A stretch of DNA of 64,000 nt from Eledone cirrhosa (Eukaryota), in the NCBI GenBank assembly GCA_964016885.1, contig OZ024748.1:10416001-10480000 (forward strand). The letters run 5' to 3'. Position 1 is the stretch's first letter, and each line of letters begins with the position of its first letter. Positions 55,801 through 64,000 of the stretch are shown here, piece by piece. Position numbers and translations under genes: made by a program. Under the pieces are notes generated by a model, which did no database searches, had not been told where the DNA came from, and worked only from the letters and a program-made list of their open reading frames with translations.

Positions 55801-56904
55801 ACAATAGCATATTTATATGAACACAAAGTTATGAATAGCACCATAGCAACATCACATTTATACCATGGATATGATGAAACAATATCACATACTATGGATA
55901 CGAGGACAAGAGCTATATAGCCATACAACATTTATACTATAGGTGGACAGAATCTAAAAAGTCTAATATCTGTCTCAAGTCAATGCTTATCCCAGTATCA
56001 TGGTGTGAAGCAACTGACAATATAAGACTTCCCACATGGACAAGACACCAGTCCATTACAGGGTTAAACCCCGAGCTATAGCTGGTACTCATTTTCAGCT
56101 GAGTATACTGGAGCAATGTGAAATGAAGTGTTTTGCTCAAAAACACAACACACAACCCAGCCCAGGAAGCAAACCCACAATATTATGATCATAAGTCCAT
56201 CACCCTTACCACCACAAGACCATGGGCCTCATGGGTAGCCTAGTGGACAGAATCTAAACATAGCAATATCAGATTTAAACCATAGATAACAGGACAAGAA
56301 ATTTAATAAAACTAATTACAAACTAATTTCTTAATCAACTAAACTTCAATAAATAAATACATTGTACAACAGGGTTAAAACAAGAGCAACGTTAAATCTC
56401 AAACCTGGTAAAATAATATGACCAAATTTTTATTTTTTACTATGTACAAATTGTATTTCATTTTATATTTAAAAAAGGTATTGGAGTATGTCAATGCCAA
56501 AATTAATAACCTTGGCACCGACTTAGATTTAAAAGGCTAACCACTTTCTAAGTGTGTGTGTATATATATATATTTCCCCTCCATACACATGCACCCATGT
56601 GTGTGTTTGTGTCTGTGTGTGTATTATGACTCATACACTGTTCACTTTCCTGACATTTGTATATTATTCTATGTACTACACATGCATCTTTGATGAGTTG
56701 TAGTGCACCTGAGCACTGTACACAATAATTTTCATTATTATTATACATACATGAATTAACATAACCTCATAGAAAAGAGACAGCGAAAGAACAAAACAGG
56801 TGGTAGTGAAGCAGTGTTGGAAAAGACTTGACAACCCATACAAGAAAGGAAATATAGACATAAAAAGATGACGAAAAATACACACCACCACCATCATCAA
56901 TGTA

Positions 56905-57302
56905 TATATATTATGGTTAATGTCTTATAATATATATATATAAATATATTATGGTTAATGTCTTATAATATATATATATATAAATATATTATGGTTAATG
57001 TCTTATAATATATATATATATATAAATATATTATGGTTAATGTCTTATAATATATATATATATAAATATATTATGGTTAATGTCTTATAATATATATATA
57101 TATAAATATATTATGGTTAATGTCTTATAATATATATATATATATAAATATATTATGGTTAATGTCTTATAATATATATATATATAAATATATTATGGTT
57201 AATGTCTTATAATATATATATATAAATATATTATGGTTCATGTCTTATAATATATATATATAAATATATTATGGTTAATGTCTTATAATATATATATATA
57301 TA
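56905..57302. repeat. AT-rich ~38-42-bp minisatellite (~10-11 copies)
   Basis: atatattatggttaatgtcttataa(ta)n aa. Confidence 0.9.
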
Positions 57303-59605
57303 TTTTCATACAGATTAAAGAGTTAAGCAAACAATTTCTGCTTTTACTCTACATAGAGAGAGGAGAGACAGAGTTGCAGGTAACCAATACAACTACAATC
57401 ACAATAACACAAACTTAAGACATGACTAAAATATTAAATATTCTTCAAATTCTAAATTTTATTTTCTAGAAAATGACTTTTTTTTTCTTACTTTTTCGTT
57501 TTTAAATAAACATCATTTACACATACATTAAAAATATTTTGATATTTTGTACTTAGTCATGCAATATTAATGTTACTGATAATACTAATTAATGGTTTGG
57601 AATTTATGCACAAGGCCAGCAATTTAAGGGGTCGGAAAAGTTGACTGGTACTTTATTCTATAAACCCTAGGAGGAAAGGCAAAGTTTACCACAGCAGGAT
57701 TCAAACTCAATCATATCAAGCTGGAACAAACACCATGAAGTATTTTGTCCAGTATTCTACTGATTCCACACTCCAAAATTAATAACTGTTTCTACATTTG
57801 GCACAAGGCCAGAGGAGAAAGTCGATTAAATCGACCTCAGTGTGTCACTGGTACTTTATTTTATCAACCCGTAAGGATGAAAGGCAAAGCTCTGTGGGAT
57901 TTGAACTGAGAATGTAAAGAGCTGGAACTCTATGCTGCAAAGCATGTTGTCCGATGCTCTACCGATGTTGTCAATCTACCACCCTTTACACACTCCATAA
58001 CATTAACAATAATAACGGTTTCTACTTTATTTACAAGGCCAGCAATTTTGAAGCAGGTGAAAGTCTATTAAATCAATCCCTATATTTGTCTGGTGCAGTG
58101 GGTCTGCATCATAGCTTTCAATATATGCAGTTGGAAAATATATTTTTTAAATTGAGGAATGCTGAATAAGGGTCATGAATGTATGTGGTAAGGTTGGGGA
58201 ACCAACTAACCATGTTAAGATGAGGGGTTGCTGAACCTTATTTTATTAACCCCAGACTGATGAAAAGCAAACTTAATCTCGGCGGGATTTCAACTCAGAA
58301 TCTAAAGAGTTGGAACAAATACTGCAAGGTATTTTGTCTGATGCTCTAATGATTCTGCTAATCCCACAGACTCATTAACAATGGTTTCTACTTTAGGCAC
58401 AAGGTCAGCAATCTAGGGAAGCGATAAGTTGATTAAATTGACCCCAGTACTTGACTGGTACTTTATTTTATCAACCTCTGAAAGATGAAAAGCAGGATTT
58501 TAACTCAGAATGCCAAGGCCTCTTAACTAGATGCCTCTTTACCCGATGCATTAATAAACCTGTCTACCCACCACCCTAATAATAATAATTGTTTCTACTT
58601 GTGGCACAAGGCCAGCAATTACCCCAGTGCATTACTGGTGCTTTATTTTATCAACCCTGTAAGGATGAAAGGCAAAGTTAACCGTGGCGGAATTTGAATT
58701 CAGAACGTAAACAGCCTTAACTCTATGCTGCAAAGCACGGTGTCTGACGTTCTACAGATACTGCTAATTCACCCTGATAATAATAAGAATAATCTAACAT
58801 TGACACAAGGCCAGAAATTTAGGGGAGGGTGGGGAAAATCGATTGTTTCAACCCCAGAAGGATGAAAAATAAAGTTGGCAGTAGCAGGATTTGAACTCAG
58901 AACAAAGGAAGTTGTAACTCAATAATGCAAAGTATTTCATCTGATGCTCTACTGATTCTGCCAATCTATCACCCTCCTGATAATAATAATAATGATAATA
59001 ATAATTTCTGATTTAGGCACAAGGCCAACAATTTTTGAGAAAAGGAAAAGTCAATTAAATTGACCCTGAAAGGATGAAAGGCAAAGCTAACCTCGGCAAG
59101 ATTTGAACTCAGAACGCAAAGGGCCAAAACTCTATGTCGCAAAACATTAATCCGACACTCTACTGATACTGCCAATCCACCACCCGCTTGATGATAATAA
59201 TAATAATAACAACAATAATTTCTAACTTAAGAACGAGGACACAAATTTGGGTGAAGGTGTATAGTTGATTAAATCAACTCCTTGATTGGTATTTCATTTT
59301 ATTCTTCCCTGGGTGGGAAGAGGGAGGGGAGTGTGTTCCAAACCAAAGTCAACCTCTGGTAGATATCCCATTGGCAGTAAGACCAGAAATGTGTCAGGAT
59401 AGAGTCCATAGAACATTTAACTCGATTCACTGGTATATCACAAATATATACCCGAGTTGACCTATGATGAGATTGAATCCAGAACGTGGAGGGGTGAAAC
59501 TTTTGGTGTCTCACTTTACTGTTTATGACAACACACTCCCAACAACAGCAGCAACATTAACAATATTACTATTATTATTATCAATAATAATAATAATAAC
59601 CATTA

Positions 59606-61428
59606 TCACAGTTTTCGGTTTCGTTTGGCTTCTTCACCTGATAATGTAGTTTTCCTTTTTCTCATCCCTGAGTCCGGAAGATTTAAGCTTAAATTAGAGG
59701 AAAGAAAAAAAGAGAAATATCAACATTAATATTAATTAATTCTTGATAATAATCCACCCAAAACTACCCATTTCAAAGGGTTCCCATTTAAATTAAAAAC
59801 TTCCAACATAATTTCATATGTGAACTATTTATTTTATGTTACAAATACCATCTTAATAATGAAATAATTAATTTTAGTAAATTCCTTCACAATTTTCATT
59901 AATTAATTGAAATACAACACTCATTAGAAATATGGTCTTGAAAGAGTAAGAACTGTTGGGTAGTTTTTACTGTTTTTAGAGTATAAATTATTTCAGGGAA
60001 AATAAGGCTTTTCTACTACTACTACAATGGTCCCAGCTCCTAAGAGATGGTGGCAGTACCATTGCATACTAAACTGATCCCTAATACAAAGGGAAAGAAA
60101 AGTGATAAAAGGTTTTATTTACCTGGCCCTTAATGCAATAACTTCTGGGGGACAATACTCATCAGGTGTCTGTGGGCCTTCATTTGAAAGGTAAGCAGCA
60201 ATGTAATCAGGTCGAAGACACAGTACATTGTTACACAACAAAGTTTCCAAGTCACTCTGTCAAGATAAACAGATTATGTTTAACATTCAATCTATCTTCA
60301 ACTTCACAGAAAATGGGATCAGAGACAGAATGTATAGTTTACTTACAGTGGTGAGGTTGACTTTATTGATATCTATAAAGGCATGTGTGGCTGTTATTGC
60401 TTTGGTAAACGGTGGTCTAACAGAAAGAACCTTGGCACCACCTGCCCTCAAAAGGCGTTCAAAGTTGCTCTCTTTCTTCTTATCAGTACACAGAATAACA
60501 GACCAATCATCAAATGCCCCTTGGCATTTAGGCTTTTGCTGAAGGGGAAAAAAATAACAGAAATTATTGGGAAACCAAGAATTCATAATTTTTTATTAGC
60601 CCCAAAGGCTCAAGGACATTAATGGTGGTACAACACTGACAGAGCGGGGTTTTTTTCTTCAAATATGCCCCCCCCCCCCAAAAAAAAAACAAACAAAGTA
60701 GTAACGTGATTTGAAGGACATCTGGCTGCCATTTCTAGCATGGCAAGCGACTATATTGTGGCGTTTTTTGCTGACTTTGACTTAATATTTGTTTCTACTT
60801 TTGGCACAAGGCCAGCAACTACCCAGTACATTACTGGTACTTTATTTTATCGACCCCCGTAAGGATGAAAGGCAAAGTTAACCTCGACTTTGACTTAATA
60901 TTATTGTCCAAACACATTAGTAAGTAAATAAGCAACCAAGCAACCACCCACCCACCAATAACCAACTAACCAAACACACATTCAACAACCCACCCACCTA
61001 ACCAATCAGTTAATCTCCCACTCACTCACCTAACCATCCAACCTACCCAACCAATGATAATGATTTCTACTATAGGCACAAGACCCACAATTTTAGGGAG
61101 GGGAAAATCGAGTAAATCAACCCCAGCATATAACTGGTACTTTATTTTATCGACTCTGTAAGGATGACAGGCAAAGCTAACCTCGACGGAATTTTGAACT
61201 CATGATGTAAAGGGCCGTATCTCTATACCAAGAAACGTTGTCTGATGCTCTACCTATACTGCCAATCCACACCCCTACCCAATCAATTATAATAACAGTA
61301 CTTACCTTCTTCAGTTCCTGTATTTTCAGGCGCCATCTCAGTGCAGCAGCTGCCAAAGACTTCATATTAGGGTTGGCTGTGGCCAACACACTTTCTGTTG
61401 ACACACTGCCCCATTCATGTTTATCTTC
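59606..61428 (-). CDS. TOPBP1: DNA topoisomerase II-binding protein 1, last four coding exons (BRCT7-8 linker, BRCT8, basic tail); upstream exons outside window
   Basis: Exons 61306-61428, 60347-60538, 60123-60256, 59606-59687 (TGA 59606-59608). EDKHEWGS..LAAAALRWRLKIQ..GAFDDWSVIL..FERLLRAGGAKVL..ATHAF..CLRPDYIAAYL..EYCPPE..RKRK..KRNRKL* matches the TOPBP1 C-terminus better than SLF1. Confidence 0.88.
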
Positions 61429-61696
61429 CTGTCAACACAATAACACACATATCAGTATTAACTATATGAAGAGCAAATTATAAATATATATATACACACA
61501 TACCCTCTCCTTCAGTCTACCTTTTGATGAAGGACTAGTATCCAAAACACCAAAACTCTTTTCCAACTATATCAAATGTTAAACTAATATATCATTTTAC
61601 TGTATTGTTCTCCTGTGTTATTTTCCGTCGACTATATATATATGAACCTAATAAACCTTTATTTGTCTGCCTCTGTTTTGTTCCCGTCCAAATTTG

Positions 61697-61740
<44 letters not shown>

Positions 61741-61742
<2 letters not shown>

Positions 61743-64000
61743 TCATCATCATCATCATCACCGTTTTACGTCCGTTCTTCCACGCTAGCATGGGTTAGAC
61801 GGGTTGTCCTGTTGTGGGCAGTGTCTGGTCGGCTGACCATGCCTTGCTCATACAGGAACTGATCTGGCTTGATTTCTACAGCTGGATGCCCTTCCTAACA
61901 CCAACCTCATTTACAGTGAGTGCTGGGTGCTTTTTCGTGGCGCCTACACGTCCACTTTACAGTGTGGGCTGGGTGCTTTTTTGCCGTGGCACCTCCACGA
62001 CCACCTTGCGGTGGGGGGGGGGGGGGCATATTGTTTATATGCTTCAGCATGTACCCATGGGAGGTCGGGTACCCTGTATTACTGCGTGACGCCAGAAGTC
62101 ACGGTCGTGTGTCATTGACTTTGAGAGGTGTAGTTGGGTAAGGTCGGCTTTTATCACCTCATCCCAAGTCATCTTGGGTCTCCCCACTCCGCGGTTTCCA
62201 TCAACTTCTAGTGCTCTGCACCTTTTTATGCAGCTGTCATCCTTCATACGCATCACATGTCCATACCAGCGTAACCGCCTCTCCTGCACGCAGCATTTGA
62301 TTCCTCTTATGCTCAGTCTCTCTCTCAATTCATTTATGCTTTGTCGTTCACGTATATTACTGTTACACATCCATCGGAGCATGCAGGCTTCGTTTCTCTC
62401 TAATCTACGTAAGTCTTCCACCTTCAGCGCCCAGGTCTCACTACCATGCAACATCGCTGTTCGGATACACGCATCATACAGTCTGCCTTTCATTCTGAGG
62501 GAGAAGCCTTTTGCAGCTAGCAGTGGTAGTAGTTCCCTAAACTTCTTCCATCCCGTTCTTACCCTAGTTATTGTACTTTCTGAGCACCCACCTCCGTTGC
62601 TAATTCGGTCACCTAGGTAGCAGAAGCTGTCTACTGTTTCTACAGGGCCCTCCCAGAGATTGGTGGTACTTGTTTCCTGTGGCTGTTTGCTTGCTGTTTC
62701 AGCACAGCTGCTGCATGTGAATCCTACATTCTTAATTAAGCTTCCTGAGATCCCGCTACATCTCTTGTGTACCCATTGTTTGCATTTGGGGCAAAGAATG
62801 GAGTTCCTACCTACACCTTTCCTACATACTGAGCAAGGCCATTTCCCTGAGGGGATCTGGGTTCTGTTTTCTCGTCTACTTATAAGGACCTTAGTCTTTG
62901 TCATGTTGACTTTGAGGCCCTTTCTCTCTAGTCCCTGCTTCCAGGTTTGGAATTTATTCTCTAGTTCTACCATAGATTCAGCTATGAGTGCGAGGTCATC
63001 AGCATACAGGAGTTCCCATGGGCATCCGGTCTTAAACTCCTCCGTTATTGCCTGCAGGACTATGATGAACAGGAGAGGGCTAAGAACAGAGCCCTGGTGG
63101 ACCCCAACCTGTACGCTAAATTCCTCGCTATACTCATTGCCAATCCTAACTTTGCTGACTGCTCCCCTATACATGGCTTGTACCGCTTTCACAAGCCATT
63201 CATCTACTCCTAGTTTTCTAAGAGCCCACCAGATTACTGCACGTGGAACTCTGTCAAAGGCTTTCTCAAGGTCGACAAATGCCAAGTAGAGTGGCTTACT
63301 TTTAGCTAGGTACTTTTCCTGTAATTGCCTCACAAGGAAGAGCGCATCAGTGGTGCCTTTCCCTGGAACAAACCCAAATTGCATCTCGTCTATATTCACC
63401 CGGTCCCTAATCAGCTGTGCTATAACTCTTTCTGTTACTTTCATGACCTGGTCCATCAACTTTATACCTCTATAGTTTCCTCTATCTAGTGCATCGCCTT
63501 TACCTTTGTAGCAGTTGACAATGATGCTACTGCACCAATCTTTTGGTATGGCCCCCTCTAGTATTACCTGGTTAACGATACGTGTGGTTATAGTGTGACC
63601 TACAGACCCAGATGCCTTCAGCATCTCGGCAGCTATACCCGATGGACCGGTTGCCTTCCCTATCTTCATATCTCTGATTGCCTTACTTACTACGCTGCCG
63701 CTGACTTGTACTGCTGGTCCCTCTATAGGGTCTACGTGGGGTAGGGTCTCTTCTTCCCATGCATTCTCCTCATTTAGTAATCTATCATAATGACTCTTCC
63801 ATGCATCTTTCTTCTCAGCACTTGTGAGGGCAAGCTCACCTTTATCATTCCGGATACACTTCTCTCCAATGACATCACAACTATCTCTGACACACTGCCT
63901 CGCAATCTTGAATACCTCCTGTTTCTGGTCCTCACGTTGTAAAACATGCTTGAATTTTCTATCCTCTGCTTCCCTCCTAGCTAAGTATACTTGTCGCCTA
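61741..64000 (-). mobile_element. RTE-clade LINE with uninterrupted ORF (62044 to 63999, open to window end), 3' UTR and (GAT)n tail, inside a TOPBP1 intron
   Basis: RT motifs QFGF, FVDLEKAFD, GVHQGSVLSPLLF, YADD, YLG; PHD-like Cys/His insert; RLRWYGHV, GRPKMTW. I read no stop in frame from 63999 to 62047. Confidence 0.95.

Noticed and set aside
59606-61428. SLF1/ANKRD32 as the BRCT gene
   Set aside because: The BRCT domain is C-terminal, followed by a stop, and motif similarity favours TOPBP1.

Overview
Eukaryotic (animal) genomic DNA: AT-rich, full of microsatellites and retroposons, with SINE families resembling those of octopod cephalopods (inference). Four protein-coding genes were rebuilt by hand from GT-AG junctions with consistent phase. 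(1) An LRR + FN3-like single-pass membrane protein in one coding exon (+, 23836-25551). (2) The spliceosomal DEAH helicase DHX38/PRP16 (-, 19 exons, 45785 to 27646), whose last ~230 codons I could not find in the window. (3) LRRC69 (+, 9 exons, 46492-54668), head-to-head with DHX38 across ~700 bp. (4) The 3' end of TOPBP1 (-, last 4 coding exons, 61428 to 59606). Mobile DNA includes two large RTE LINE copies (one with an uninterrupted ORF and a PHD-like finger), CORE-type tRNA SINEs sharing the RTE 3' tail, arrays of a second tRNA SINE, non-autonomous Helitrons, TA- and TTAA-flanked MITEs, and minisatellites derived from LINE 3' ends. The most notable unannotated signal is a set of minimal type-I hammerhead ribozyme motifs. 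A 361-bp near-perfect palindrome at 10198-10558 carries one on each strand; related motifs lie at 20905, 11763, 10914 and 53081. These are probably Penelope-like pLTR or retrozyme remnants.
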